Shown: in pieces, positions 1 to 10,167 of the stretch
How the letters are laid out: each line of letters opens with the position of its first letter
Numbering within the stretch: position 1 is the stretch's first letter
Translations under genes and position numbers: made by a program
Notes under the pieces: generated by a model
What the model was told of the DNA's origin: nothing
Databases searched by the model: none
The model's input: the letters and a program-made list of their open reading frames with translations, nothing else
NCBI GenBank assembly: GCA_002695035.1
Contig: NZNU01000075.1
Location: forward strand, 20,462 to 84,461
Reading direction: 5' to 3'
Length of the DNA stretch: 64,000 nucleotides
Source of the DNA: Micavibrio sp.
Lineage (GTDB): Bacteria; Pseudomonadota; Alphaproteobacteria; Micavibrionales; Micavibrionaceae

Positions 1-261
1 GCTTCATGCTCAAAACCTAATGCGGCTTGCGCGCCCCCTGTAAATGGTAAATGTGTAGCCGGTTTGCCTAGAGTTCAAAACTCTTGGAACAGCACATACA
101 AAAAATACGTAGCGGCTGTTCAGTCTTCTTGGTGCGCAAGCGGCCAGGTTCGCGGAAATGTTACTGATACTTTAACACAAGTTCCAGGAGGCTATTATTG
201 TGATGGGCAAAACGGCGGTGATACAGTATCTTGCCCAGTTGGCGGACCGGGGAATATGTAA
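1..261 (+). CDS. 3' end of a Cys-rich, probably secreted protein (partial, open to the window edge)
   Basis: Frame 1 has no stop from nt 1 to the TAA at 259-261. The 65-aa track ORF (TTG at 64) is therefore most likely the tail of a longer gene. It has 6 Cys in 86 aa and is G/N/S-rich. No family recognised. Confidence 0.3.
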   Translation, partial: ASCSKPNAACAPPVNGKCVAGLPRVQNSWNSTYKKYVAAVQSSWCASGQVRGNVTDTLTQVPGGYYCDGQNGGDTVSCPVGGPGNM

Positions 262-268
262 GAAATGA

Positions 269-2491
269 TTATTTTATGACTGCCCAGATGTTGTAATAAT
301 CATCCGTCCATAAAACGCTCTTGTTTTTGGAAGGTTGTAAAAGTGACCAATTTAAATTCTCACCTAAAACCTCATTGTTCTCAGGCGGTTTTAGAAAAAG
401 AAAATACTGGTATTTATAGTCGCCTCCGAAAGACATTTCCAATTCATAAACAGGCATCTTAAACTCATGTGAATATGCAGCAAACAGCGGTGTATAGTCA
501 AAGTAACTGGCAGGAGCCAAGAACACCAAAGCTCCCCCAGGAGCTAATTTGCTCAAATATATTGTAAAGGCTTCTTTTGTCATCAGGTGAAAGGGTACTG
601 TAGACGAACTCGTCGCAGTGGAGATAATTCCTCCGTAATATTCATCAGGTTTCTTTAATATCTCCAAACGCGCATCACCCAGGGAAATATCATAATTTTC
701 ACCACACAAGCTCAATGATTTTAGTAAATCTGGATTACTGGCAATATCTATAACATTTTGACTAATTTCATAAAATTCTATCTTCGTTTTACCTTGAGTA
801 AGACAAAGATCACTGCCGCTGCCGAGCCCGAGGCTGGCTACTGGCTTATTCAGTCTTTTAGCGTTATCAATCACAGGAGTATGATAGGTGCCTGTGTCAG
901 TCAGCATGCTGTTAGTTGAGTGAACATAGCGTTCGGCGCTGTGCAAAATAAAGCCATTATAATAAAGGTATTCTGTGACGTCAGGCGTGATAGGCGTATG
1001 AACAACTTTACTAATTCCAAAGAAACTGCGTGAAATATAGGGCCGTTCGATATCGGTAACCATATATTTGAAATCAGGAAGATAAATATTGGATTGCAAA
1101 GCTATCCCGGAGCCGGAAAGAGCCATGCAGGCAAACAAGGTTGTATAAACAACCCGATTTATGCGTAAAAAAGCAAAGACTAAAATTGATAGAGACAGTA
1201 TGGCCGCCAGTATTTGTTTCTTCTGAAGATCATAGCTATCATAGGGATATTCAATCATCACTACAGTCGCGATAGAAACAAATGCCATGATTCCAATAAG
1301 ATCATTACGGTTATATCTAAAAAAGGCTTTGTCTTTTAAAGAAGTAAATAGATAAATAGAAAACAATGAAAGAATTAAGGTTAAAGGATATTCATATATC
1401 TTTTCAAAAACATATGGTGAAATCAAAGCATTGAAAATACCGGCAAGTACACCACCTGCTGCTATCCATGCATAAAACGATCCTAACTTGGTTGCGTGAG
1501 GGCGATTATTATAAAGGCAGACATGGCAAAGAAGCGACAAAACAGAAAATGCGCTTAAATGTGCAATCAGGAAAAATATATTTTCGATGGGGTTAAACCA
1601 TAAAGGTATTATGCATAACGGCAGCATAAACAAGACTGCCAACAGGCGCATCCTTTTCCCGTTAAGGAAATTCATTTTCCCGCTAAAAGCGAGAATATAC
1701 GTAGCTAGATAAAGGCAAAGAGGAATGACCCACAATAGTGGAAATGAGGATATATCGTTTGTAATTATAGTGGTTACACCATGTATCAAGCTCGCAGGGC
1801 AAAATGCAAGAAGCAGCCATAATCCTTTCGTTCCATAGGAAACAGTTGGGCTCGAAACAGTTATATTAGCTCGCCCTCGAGTAGGGGTATTTGATTTAAG
1901 GTAAAGTGTATAAAAAAGATAAAGAGCAAGTACCGCATAAACACTAAATAACAGGGACCAAACCAAAATCTGGTTTTCCAAACCGAGATGGGGCTGAACC
2001 AAAACTGGGTAGGTTATCAGCGCCAGAAACGATCCAAAATTACTTACACTGTAAAGCCAGTAGGGGCTATTTTCTTTTCCTGCTCGAGATCTGTAAAAAA
2101 GTATTTGTACGAGAGGCGCAGTTGTTGCCAAAAGAAAAAAAGGCAGCCCCACTAGCAAAATACCCTTATATAAAACCCAGAAATTAGGATTATTAACATC
2201 GGGTACGTAAGCCTCAGTAGTAAAAGAGACGGCTAACATCGGCACTGATAGAACAATGAGAAAAACATAGATGTAAGCTGGTAGTTTCTTTTGATCTTTT
2301 ATAAATGCACCTACAAAGAAATACCCGGCAAATAGAAGGAACTGAAACAGCATTAACAGTGAGTTCCAGACAGCAGGGGCTCCACCAAGTAAGGGGGTTA
2401 GTTTTTGAGCAACCATTGGCTGTATTGAAAAGATCAAATACGCGCTCAAGAAAGTCACAATTATTAGCAGTTTTTGTTTGGAAAAAATCAT
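269..2491 (-). CDS. Polytopic membrane protein fused to a spermidine-synthase-like (class I SAM-fold) domain
   Basis: The N-terminal ~470 aa is a continuous run of hydrophobic helices. The C-terminal ~250 aa carries a GxGxG nucleotide-binding motif (VASLGLGSGSD), with the layout of fused membrane/spermidine-synthase family proteins. Confidence 0.7.
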   Translation of the reverse strand: MIFSKQKLLIIVTFLSAYLIFSIQPMVAQKLTPLLGGAPAVWNSLLMLFQFLLFAGYFFVGAFIKDQKKLPAYIYVFLIVLSVPMLAVSFTTEAYVPDVNNPNFWVLYKGILLVGLPFFLLATTAPLVQILFYRSRAGKENSPYWLYSVSNFGSFLALITYPVLVQPHLGLENQILVWSLLFSVYAVLALYLFYTLYLKSNTPTRGRANITVSSPTVSYGTKGLWLLLAFCPASLIHGVTTIITNDISSFPLLWVIPLCLYLATYILAFSGKMNFLNGKRMRLLAVLFMLPLCIIPLWFNPIENIFFLIAHLSAFSVLSLLCHVCLYNNRPHATKLGSFYAWIAAGGVLAGIFNALISPYVFEKIYEYPLTLILSLFSIYLFTSLKDKAFFRYNRNDLIGIMAFVSIATVVMIEYPYDSYDLQKKQILAAILSLSILVFAFLRINRVVYTTLFACMALSGSGIALQSNIYLPDFKYMVTDIERPYISRSFFGISKVVHTPITPDVTEYLYYNGFILHSAERYVHSTNSMLTDTGTYHTPVIDNAKRLNKPVASLGLGSGSDLCLTQGKTKIEFYEISQNVIDIASNPDLLKSLSLCGENYDISLGDARLEILKKPDEYYGGIISTATSSSTVPFHLMTKEAFTIYLSKLAPGGALVFLAPASYFDYTPLFAAYSHEFKMPVYELEMSFGGDYKYQYFLFLKPPENNEVLGENLNWSLLQPSKNKSVLWTDDYYNIWAVIK

Positions 2492-2568
2492 ATATTTTGT
2501 TTACGGATTTTTATTACAATCAAATTTAAGTGTATAATACAGATTATAAATATTTATAGTTTAAAAAA

Positions 2569-3042
2569 ATGCCAGACAAAAAAGTACCCTCACTCCTACC
2601 TACATTTGCCGGAATTCTTTTCGGCATTATAATTATTGGCTTGGCATTTACTGGCCTGTATTATTTTTTCAACCAACCTCCAGCCTGGCAATGTGTACGG
2701 ATAACTATAGCAGCGACCGATGCTCTCCCAAATACAGAGGAACAACCAGAACGCCATGTAATGAGATGCTTTAAATGGCATGAAAAAAATATTCAGAGTA
2801 ATGAAATCACCGCGGTATTTTTAAATCCTAAGAACATTTTGATAGGTTCGCCAGTAGAACCAGATACTGAAGTATCTCCTGAACAAATTCAAAAATGGGA
2901 CAAAATTAGCATGAACCCTCATAAAATGAGTGCAAAAACTATTATCTTTGATGGGAGTCTACCGCAAAATTGTAAACAAACAGAAGTTACAGAAACGGGC
3001 TCTTCGATAGAAACAGTTCATGCTAGCTGGGTGTGTGAATAG
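2569..3042 (+). CDS. Hypothetical membrane-anchored protein
   Basis: One N-terminal TM helix (LLPTFAGILFGIIIIGLAFTGLYYFF) followed by a ~120-aa soluble domain with 4 Cys. No family recognised. Confidence 0.45.
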   Translation: MPDKKVPSLLPTFAGILFGIIIIGLAFTGLYYFFNQPPAWQCVRITIAATDALPNTEEQPERHVMRCFKWHEKNIQSNEITAVFLNPKNILIGSPVEPDTEVSPEQIQKWDKISMNPHKMSAKTIIFDGSLPQNCKQTEVTETGSSIETVHASWVCE

Positions 3043-3091
3043 AAGGTGAAAATTCCTTTTCAACTTGATAGGGTCACTATTATGCAAAATC

Positions 3092-4474
3092 CTAAAAAAT
3101 GTTTCCGGGATTAAATATATTGTCTGGATCTATGGCAGATTTTAATGTCTTCATAAGGTTAACGACAGCCTCACCATGTTCCTCCATCAGGGTTGCTTTT
3201 TTTCCTTTCCCGATGCCATGTTCGCCCGTACAGGTCCCATCCATATCATGTGCTCGGTGAACTAGCCTCTTTAGTAACTCTTTAGCCCTTGAAACTTCAT
3301 CAGCATCAGTTTCATCTACCATCAGAAAAAGATGAAAATTCCCGTCACCAACATGACCTACCAATGGGGCGGTAAGATTGAGATCGTTTAAATCGCCTTG
3401 TGTCGCTAAAATGGCATCGGCTAATTTTGAAATTGGAATACAAATATCAGTAATAATCATGTGTTTGCCTGGGCAATATGCTTTGGCCGCCCATAATGCT
3501 TCGTGTCTAGCTGTCCATAAGGCATTACGTTCTTCCATTTTATCTGCATAGCTGAAGGGCCCTCCATCAAATTCTTCAACAATTTCATTGAACAGCTCAG
3601 CCTGCTCTTTTGCAGAAGTGGGGCTCCCGTGAAACTCTACAAACAAAGTAGGGGTCTCTTGCAAATTTAAGTTATCGTGCTGGTTGCTTGCTTTGACCTG
3701 CAATTTATCCAGAAGCTCCATACGCGCGACAGGAATGCCCGATTGAATGGCTAATATTGCTGCATTACATGCCGATTCTATATCCGGAAAAGGGCAATAC
3801 CCACCGATCATTTTTTCAGGTACGCCATGAAGGCGAAGTGTAATTTCTGTTATGAGTCCCAGCGTTCCTTCTGATCCGATCAATAAATGTGTTAGGTCAT
3901 AACCTGCAGAAGACTTTTTGGCACGGCGGCCTGTTTTAATAATTTCGCCATTAGGCATAATGGCGGTAAGATTCAATACAGCATCACTCATAGTTCCGTA
4001 ACGCACAGCATTAGTACCAGATGCCCGCGTCGCAACCATTCCACCGATTGTCGCATCAGCACCTGGATCAATAGGGAAGAATAGCCCGCTTCCCTTTAGG
4101 TAACTATCCAACTGTTTTCTCGTGACACCTGCTTGCACTGTTATGGTCATATCTTCTGGACAAAATGAAATCACTTCATTCATCTTGCTGAGATCAACGG
4201 ATATTCCACCAAATGGCGCATGGATGTGGGCTTCAAGGGATGTGCCTGCTCCAAACGCAATTACAGGAATACGCTCTTTTACCGCAAGTTTAACAAGCTT
4301 TTGTATTTCCTCGTTGTTTTTAGGAAAAACTACAGCATCCGGTAATTGCGCTTCGTGCCAACTTACATCATTGCCATGGTGTTCTCGAAGGGCTTCATTA
4401 AAACTTAGTCTGTCCTTAAATATTTTTTCAAGGGGCGCATGGATATTAGTTACCTTGCCATAGAGCGATATCAT
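3092..4474 (-). CDS. FAD-linked oxidase, D-lactate dehydrogenase (cytochrome) / GlcD family
   Basis: PCMH-type FAD-binding N-terminal region (VVFPKNNEEIQKLVKLA...PVIAFGAGTSLEAH). The C-terminal FAD-oxidase domain ends in GEHGIGKGK...DPDNIFNPG. Confidence 0.85.
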   Translation of the reverse strand: MISLYGKVTNIHAPLEKIFKDRLSFNEALREHHGNDVSWHEAQLPDAVVFPKNNEEIQKLVKLAVKERIPVIAFGAGTSLEAHIHAPFGGISVDLSKMNEVISFCPEDMTITVQAGVTRKQLDSYLKGSGLFFPIDPGADATIGGMVATRASGTNAVRYGTMSDAVLNLTAIMPNGEIIKTGRRAKKSSAGYDLTHLLIGSEGTLGLITEITLRLHGVPEKMIGGYCPFPDIESACNAAILAIQSGIPVARMELLDKLQVKASNQHDNLNLQETPTLFVEFHGSPTSAKEQAELFNEIVEEFDGGPFSYADKMEERNALWTARHEALWAAKAYCPGKHMIITDICIPISKLADAILATQGDLNDLNLTAPLVGHVGDGNFHLFLMVDETDADEVSRAKELLKRLVHRAHDMDGTCTGEHGIGKGKKATLMEEHGEAVVNLMKTLKSAIDPDNIFNPGNIF

Positions 4475-4613
4475 AGTGTTATATTCATCCTTTAAGGGTG
4501 ATCTTTTATAAGTCTATAATATATAAACTAAAAAAATGGGGGAGAAAAAAAATCTGCTTGACGCAGCGCAGCATATCTTCTTAATTGAACATACAAAAAG
4601 AAGAGGGGGCGGC

Positions 4614-6017
4614 ATGCTAAAATTCATTATATCACTTTTTACTTTCATTACATTCTTTTCTACAGCTGCTCTCGCACAGTCTGGTAACGGTCTGGATAGC
4701 GGAGATACCGCATGGCTTCTGGTGTCGTCACTACTTGTGCTAATGATGACCATTCCTGGTCTTGCTTTATTTTACGGCGGGCTTGTAAAAAGAGACAATA
4801 TATTAAGTACACTAATGCAAAGTATTGCAGTTTGTATAGTTGTGAGTGTCATATGGCCGGTACTTGGTTACTCACTTGCTTTCACAGAAGGCAATCTTTT
4901 TATCGGCGGCTTTGGTAAGGTTATGCTTGGCGGTCTTACTCCCGCATCCTTATTAGGCACAATTCCCGAATCTGTCTTTATTGTATTTCAGATGACTTTT
5001 GCCATTATCACAGCAGCACTTCTTTTCGGGGCTGTGGCAGATCGGATTAAATTTGTTTCTGCACTTGTTTTTACGCCTTTATGGATCATTCTTGTTTACG
5101 CACCGATTGCGCACTGGGTTTGGGGGCCTGGTGGTTTCATAGGAGGTGTCGGGTTAGAGGACTACGAAGGCTTACTTGGATTCGGAGAGGCTCTGGATTT
5201 TGCAGGAGGAACTGTAGTCCATATTAATTCAGGTGTGGCAGGTTTGATTGCTGCCCTGATGATTGGCCGCGGCCTCAAAACACGTCGTGACCCTTCAACC
5301 CCCAACAATCTTATTCTAAGCGTTATTGGTACGGGGCTACTTTGGGTTGGCTGGTTTGGTTTCAATGCCGGATCTGCGCTATCTGCGGGAAGCTCAGCCG
5401 GGTTCGCTATGCTTGTGACAAATTCAGCCGCTGCAATGGCTGCCCTCACATGGATGATTATAGAGATTTTTGACAAGGGCAAAATTAGCGTGCAAGGCAC
5501 GTTATCGGGAATAGTCGCAGGCTTAGTCGCGATTACACCTGCAGCGGGTTTTGTGGGCTTTGGCGCATCGCTCGCAATGGGTCTAATAGCTTCTGTTATT
5601 TGTTATTTCTCTGTAAAGCATTTAAAAGAATGGCTTAAATATGATGATGCGCTAGACGTATTCGGCCTTCACGGTGTTGGAGGTATTGTCGGTGCCTTGT
5701 TGGTTGGGGTTTTTGCCAGCCCGGATATAGGCGGCGCCGCCGGGCTTATATACGGCAATGCAGGTCAGGTTGTAGCGCAACTCTTGTCTATTATAGTAAC
5801 CGTAGCTTATTCAGCCGCTGTAACCTGGATTCTTCTTATTGTGGTTCGCTTTATCTTTGGATTACGCGTAGATCCGCGTGTTGAATATTGGGGGCTGGAT
5901 CTGGCTCATCATGGCGAAACGATCGCAGAATATAACGAAAACCTGCCTAAAGACTATTTGGAACAGCCGGTACTTAAGAAGGCACGTAACAAAAAGTCTA
6001 AATCCAAGAAAAAGTAA
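4614..6017 (+). CDS. amtB: Ammonium transporter
   Basis: Signal peptide plus 11 TM Amt/MEP architecture. Signature stretches are DFAGGTVVHINSGVAGL and GFNAGSA...HGVGGIVG. The ATG at 4614 is preceded by GAGGGGG, so the track start at 4536 is probably an artefactual extension. Confidence 0.9.
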   Translation: MLKFIISLFTFITFFSTAALAQSGNGLDSGDTAWLLVSSLLVLMMTIPGLALFYGGLVKRDNILSTLMQSIAVCIVVSVIWPVLGYSLAFTEGNLFIGGFGKVMLGGLTPASLLGTIPESVFIVFQMTFAIITAALLFGAVADRIKFVSALVFTPLWIILVYAPIAHWVWGPGGFIGGVGLEDYEGLLGFGEALDFAGGTVVHINSGVAGLIAALMIGRGLKTRRDPSTPNNLILSVIGTGLLWVGWFGFNAGSALSAGSSAGFAMLVTNSAAAMAALTWMIIEIFDKGKISVQGTLSGIVAGLVAITPAAGFVGFGASLAMGLIASVICYFSVKHLKEWLKYDDALDVFGLHGVGGIVGALLVGVFASPDIGGAAGLIYGNAGQVVAQLLSIIVTVAYSAAVTWILLIVVRFIFGLRVDPRVEYWGLDLAHHGETIAEYNENLPKDYLEQPVLKKARNKKSKSKKK

Positions 6018-6030
6018 GTAAAGTAATTAA

Positions 6031-6068
6031 ATAAAAAGGGGGAGCTAATAAAGGAAAAATGGCTCCCC
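6031..6068 (-). terminator. Putative intrinsic terminator following tRNA-Asn
   Basis: On the minus strand, GGGGAGC (part of the tRNA acceptor 3' arm) pairs with GCTCCCC 16 nt downstream and is followed by CTTTTTATTT. Confidence 0.4.
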
Positions 6069-6134
6069 GGGCCGGATTCGAACCAGCGACCGGACGGTTA
6101 ACAGCCGTCTGCTCTACCACTGAGCTACCGAGGA
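6060..6134 (-). tRNA. tRNA-Asn (anticodon GUU), CCA encoded
   Basis: The reverse complement folds by hand into a cloverleaf. Acceptor TCCTCGG/CCGGGGA, D stem GCTC/GAGC, anticodon stem GACGG/CCGTC with loop CTGTTAA, T arm GCTGG-TTCGAAT-CCGGC, then discriminator G and CCA. Confidence 0.9.
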
Positions 6135-6285
6135 ACATTTTTCAGGTCATATACCTACTGTTTTAAAGCACTCTCGTCAAGACTTGAGTTTATAAAAATT
6201 ATCAAAAACTTTATCTTTCCATAGCAACCCCGTTTGTGCTATGTAAAGGTGTAAACAAAAAAAATAAAAAAGCAGGGCAGGGACG

Positions 6286-7728
6286 ATGACCACAAATCAG
6301 CTGACTATTAATAAGTTTTTCAACCAAACCGATATGACACCTGAAGAGGCCGTTAAAATCGTTACAAACGGTTTAGACGGCAGTGATTATGGTGAATTTT
6401 ACCTTGAGGCATCAGAGGCCGAGGCCATCGTCAAAACAGCAGGTGAATTTAAAAGCATAAGTTTTGGTAATAGTGAGTCGGGTTTTGGATTTCGTTATGG
6501 CCAAGGCGAAAATACTGCATATGTTTATTCTGATATTTTCAATAAAGCTGCATTAGATGAAGCCATTGCAACAGCAAAATCAACCATGGACACTAAGAAA
6601 AAAGGTCCTCAGCCACTACAAGGATTTGGAGGCAATACACAAGAATTTTACAAGCCTAAACACGAGGCAGATAGCCACAATGTTGAAGAAAAAATCCGTA
6701 TTATAGATAAAATTGAATCAGAAGCTCTTGCATCAGACCCAAATGTCATAAATGCAAGTGTCATTTACAAAAGTGCGGCTAAGGACGTTCTTATCATTAC
6801 AAATGATGGGCAGATACTAACCGACGAGCGGCCTATGTCTTCAATGACTGTCACTCTCTCACTAAAAGGAGATGACGGGAAAATATATGAACATTACTCT
6901 ACGATTGGCGGGCGAGTTGGGCCTGATGATGTTTTAGACGAGGCTAATTACAGGCCCCTGATAGAAGATGTTTTGCGAACAGCAAAGCTTTTAAGCATTG
7001 CAGAAGAAGCTCCGTCAGGTAAAGCGGATGTTGTTCTCAAAAGCGGGTGGCCGGCTGTCCTGCTACATGAGGCTGTAGGACATGGACTTGAATCAGATCA
7101 TACACGCGATGAAACTTCTGTCTATAGTGGCAAAATTGGCGAGCAAGTTGCAGCAAAAGGTGTCACCATCGTTGACCAGGGCGATATGCCTGGTGAAAGA
7201 GGAGGACTGCCTTTTGATGATGAAGGAACACCTACACAAAGAAATGTACTGGTAGAAGATGGTATATTAAAAGCTTATATGCAGGATCGAAAAAATGCTC
7301 TGCTAACAGGCGAGCAGCCAACAGGAAACGGCCGTCGCGAATCTTATAAACACGCGCCTATGCCGCGCATGACTAATACCTACTTTGAGAGTGGCGAACA
7401 CACCCCCGAAGAGGTTCTGGCATCATTAAAAGACGGCATTTATGTAGAAAGCATGGGTGGGGGCAGTGTAGACACAACATCGGGCAAATTTAATATGGAA
7501 GTAACTTTGGGTTGGATTGTTAAAGATGGCAAAAAGATTAAACCCATCAAAGGGGCCAGTGTTATAGGGGATGGCCTGACCACTATACAAAACACAGTAA
7601 TGGTGGCGAATGACCTTGAACTGGCAAGAAGTTCAGGCATGTGCGGCAAAGGCGGCCAAAGCGTTCCTGCCGGTATTGGCCAACCTACCATTCGCGTCAA
7701 TGGCATGACTATAGGTGGACAGGGATAA
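6286..7728 (+). CDS. tldD: Metalloprotease TldD
   Basis: HEAVGHGLE zinc motif and C-terminal GMCGKGGQSVP...GQP. Length and layout are typical of TldD. Confidence 0.9.
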   Translation: MTTNQLTINKFFNQTDMTPEEAVKIVTNGLDGSDYGEFYLEASEAEAIVKTAGEFKSISFGNSESGFGFRYGQGENTAYVYSDIFNKAALDEAIATAKSTMDTKKKGPQPLQGFGGNTQEFYKPKHEADSHNVEEKIRIIDKIESEALASDPNVINASVIYKSAAKDVLIITNDGQILTDERPMSSMTVTLSLKGDDGKIYEHYSTIGGRVGPDDVLDEANYRPLIEDVLRTAKLLSIAEEAPSGKADVVLKSGWPAVLLHEAVGHGLESDHTRDETSVYSGKIGEQVAAKGVTIVDQGDMPGERGGLPFDDEGTPTQRNVLVEDGILKAYMQDRKNALLTGEQPTGNGRRESYKHAPMPRMTNTYFESGEHTPEEVLASLKDGIYVESMGGGSVDTTSGKFNMEVTLGWIVKDGKKIKPIKGASVIGDGLTTIQNTVMVANDLELARSSGMCGKGGQSVPAGIGQPTIRVNGMTIGGQG

Positions 7729-7746
7729 CCCTTATTAAAAAACTAA

Positions 7747-7778
7747 AACAAAAAGCCGCATAATGCGGCTTTTTTTTA
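7747..7778. terminator. Bidirectional intrinsic terminator between convergent tldD and pmbA
   Basis: AAAAAAA-AGCCGCA-TAA-TGCGGCT-TTTTTTT: a 7-bp GC-rich stem flanked by an A-run and a T-run. Confidence 0.7.
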
Positions 7779-7808
7779 TGGGTACAAAACTTAATCAACG
7801 TCAAAGCT

Positions 7809-9167
7809 TTACGCTCCTGCTATTTTCAATCCATCTATGCGGGTTGTAGGGCAAGCAAACGCGGTTTTCGTATTAGGATGGGATGGGGTATCATTGGCGA
7901 GTTTTGCATTCATAAACATTTCGCTCAATTTTCCAGCCATAATAAAACCGTCAACCGGCTCATCTGTGATTTTACCGTTTCTGATCCAGCGACCACTGGC
8001 AGGTTTTGAAAAGCTGTCCTTAACTATATCAACTGTACCGCCTTGATGGGCATCTACATAGATACCCTCATCTATATCTGAAATCAGGTCTTCAACAGAC
8101 ATTTTACCAGGTAAAATAGATGTATTTGTCAGACCATCATTTCGTGCAATAGGGGCCTTATCAAGCTTTTTGGCCTCAGCTGCCGACATCGCAAATTCCT
8201 GCAATACACCATTTTTTATAAACTCTATTTTCTTCGCGCGCTGGCCCGTAGAGTCAACAGGCTGACTACCAAGACCTTTTTTAACATTGGGAGCATCAAC
8301 GATAGTTATGTTGTCATTTGCAACCTGTTGACCCAGCTTGTCCTTGAAAGGGCTTGTACCTTCTATAACGCCTGCGGCATCCAATCCAGAAAATAATGCT
8401 TTATAAATAACTGCTGATGCGTCACGCGAAAAAACAACTGGCATTGAACCCGTTTTCGGCGTTTCAGCACTTAATTTCATCATAGCAGAATCAGCTGCTT
8501 TAAGGCCGATCTCTTCAGCTTCTGGCAGGTCATCGAAGAACCTTGTTTGTGCGTATTCATAATCGCTTTGGCGACCGCTTTTATCTTCTGCGACAGCCGC
8601 AATAACTGGAACAAAGCTGCTTTTTGAATATAAAAGATCTACCCCTCTGCTATCCATCACTAACTGATGACTCTTCTCTTCAGAAAACCGTGTCATCTGT
8701 GTGGTTTTTATACCGGAAACAGCTCGGGCCGACTGGTCCATTTTAGTCAGATAATCATGAATCTGGTCTGCCGTTGGCTCTGTGTCATCATAAAGTTTAA
8801 GAGAAGGGGGCTTTCCTTGAAATACAACGTCGGGATCAGCCAGCGTGTTGCTCTCCGTTTCAGGAGCAAAGCCGATGATTTTAAAATTATCATCTATTTT
8901 GTTTTTTAGCGCTTTTTCGTCAGGGGTATTGACAGAAAAGCTTAAAGAGCGTTTTCCCGCAAAAAGCCTTATTCCGATTGATACAGATTGCCCAGACGAG
9001 ACTATAAATCCACCGTTTAGAAGCTCTGTATCCTTTTCGGAATTAACCTTGCAGACAATTTTTGCATCTGTAACCCCATAATTTTGCCCCTCTGATTTAA
9101 TGTATTCTAAAAGCTTCTTTGCAAGAGGTTTCATTTCTTTTTTGAATTGGTTGCGGGACAATGTCAT
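7809..9167 (-). CDS. pmbA: PmbA/TldE family metalloprotease partner
   Basis: PmbA_TldD fold-length protein (452 aa) whose C-terminus resembles TldD but lacks the HExxxH motif. Convergent with tldD. Confidence 0.8.
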   Translation of the reverse strand: MTLSRNQFKKEMKPLAKKLLEYIKSEGQNYGVTDAKIVCKVNSEKDTELLNGGFIVSSGQSVSIGIRLFAGKRSLSFSVNTPDEKALKNKIDDNFKIIGFAPETESNTLADPDVVFQGKPPSLKLYDDTEPTADQIHDYLTKMDQSARAVSGIKTTQMTRFSEEKSHQLVMDSRGVDLLYSKSSFVPVIAAVAEDKSGRQSDYEYAQTRFFDDLPEAEEIGLKAADSAMMKLSAETPKTGSMPVVFSRDASAVIYKALFSGLDAAGVIEGTSPFKDKLGQQVANDNITIVDAPNVKKGLGSQPVDSTGQRAKKIEFIKNGVLQEFAMSAAEAKKLDKAPIARNDGLTNTSILPGKMSVEDLISDIDEGIYVDAHQGGTVDIVKDSFSKPASGRWIRNGKITDEPVDGFIMAGKLSEMFMNAKLANDTPSHPNTKTAFACPTTRIDGLKIAGA

Positions 9168-9349
9168 TACTTCACCTGCTTATATTTTTATTAATTTTTG
9201 TACTTGGTGAGTAGAGCAGAGCGCGCCTTTTATGTCAAGAATTAAGCGGCACCTTAACACATAAAAAATTTATTTATTGAAATTTAAGTCAAAATAATGA
9301 ATGTTTATTGAAATAAAATAATAATTATAAATATAACGGGGAAAATGTC

Positions 9350-10144
9350 ATGGAGACTGCCAGTGCCTTGGAGGATGTCGCATATTTGGATAAGATCGAC
9401 AAAATTGCACGTATCATACAATCCACAACATTAGGAAAACCTTGCATAGAAATAGGTGTCTTGGAAGATGTTAATATTTCTTTTAAAAACCATATGGCTA
9501 CGCCGGCTGCATTTTCTAATAGTTTTTTAGGCGGTAAAGAAATCAGCCTTAATTCAGAATGTGACTTTCATACATTAGTTATTGCCATGGGACATGAACT
9601 ACGCCATGTGGAGCAACACTTTTTCTTAGGATACAGAAGAAATAATTTCTCTCTAGAAGATGCCATTAAACTTGAACGGTTGTTAGAGGCTGATGCAAGT
9701 GCTTTTGCAAGCGGGCTTGCCTGGGAACTATATAGCAAAACAGGTGAAAATGAATATTTACTTGCAATGGAAAAGATTGGGGATGGCGATATACAGCAGG
9801 CATTTAATAACGCAGTCTGTTCATCATCAAATAAAATTTTCGACGAACCAGCACCCTTTATAGATGCCTTTAATGCATGGTTTCAAAACCCAGTTAGGGT
9901 AGAGTCGTATGATAGGTTCTGCATTGATTCCTACACAGAAGTTGAAAACTCAGTTTTAAGACTGATATTTGAGAAACACGCCTTAGGATTAACTACTGAT
10001 CTCTTAAAGGACATCGGATGTTTATCGAAAAACAACAACTACTTAAATGACAATGGCCTTCTCGATAAAATATTTGAAGACCCGGATTTCTTGGCCGCCC
10101 GGGCACATGAAAGCCCGAGGGATATTGCAATACCATTTAGATAA
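9350..10144 (+). CDS. Hypothetical protein with HExxH zinc-metallopeptidase-like motif
   Basis: VIAMGHELRHVEQH is the only recognisable motif. There is no signal peptide. An SD-like GGGGA lies upstream of the ATG. The gene looks more AT-rich than its neighbours by eye. Confidence 0.5.
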   Translation: METASALEDVAYLDKIDKIARIIQSTTLGKPCIEIGVLEDVNISFKNHMATPAAFSNSFLGGKEISLNSECDFHTLVIAMGHELRHVEQHFFLGYRRNNFSLEDAIKLERLLEADASAFASGLAWELYSKTGENEYLLAMEKIGDGDIQQAFNNAVCSSSNKIFDEPAPFIDAFNAWFQNPVRVESYDRFCIDSYTEVENSVLRLIFEKHALGLTTDLLKDIGCLSKNNNYLNDNGLLDKIFEDPDFLAARAHESPRDIAIPFR

Positions 10145-10167
10145 ATACGAGATAAAGTAAAATAGAA

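Noticed and set aside
4536-4613. 26-codon N-terminal extension of amtB in the track ORF
   Set aside because: The internal ATG at 4614 has a strong SD (GAGGGGG) and starts directly with a signal peptide. The extension has no such support.
9242-9257. TTAA-N8-TTAA upstream of the HExxH gene as a CtrA box
   Set aside because: The spacing is 8 nt, not the required 7.
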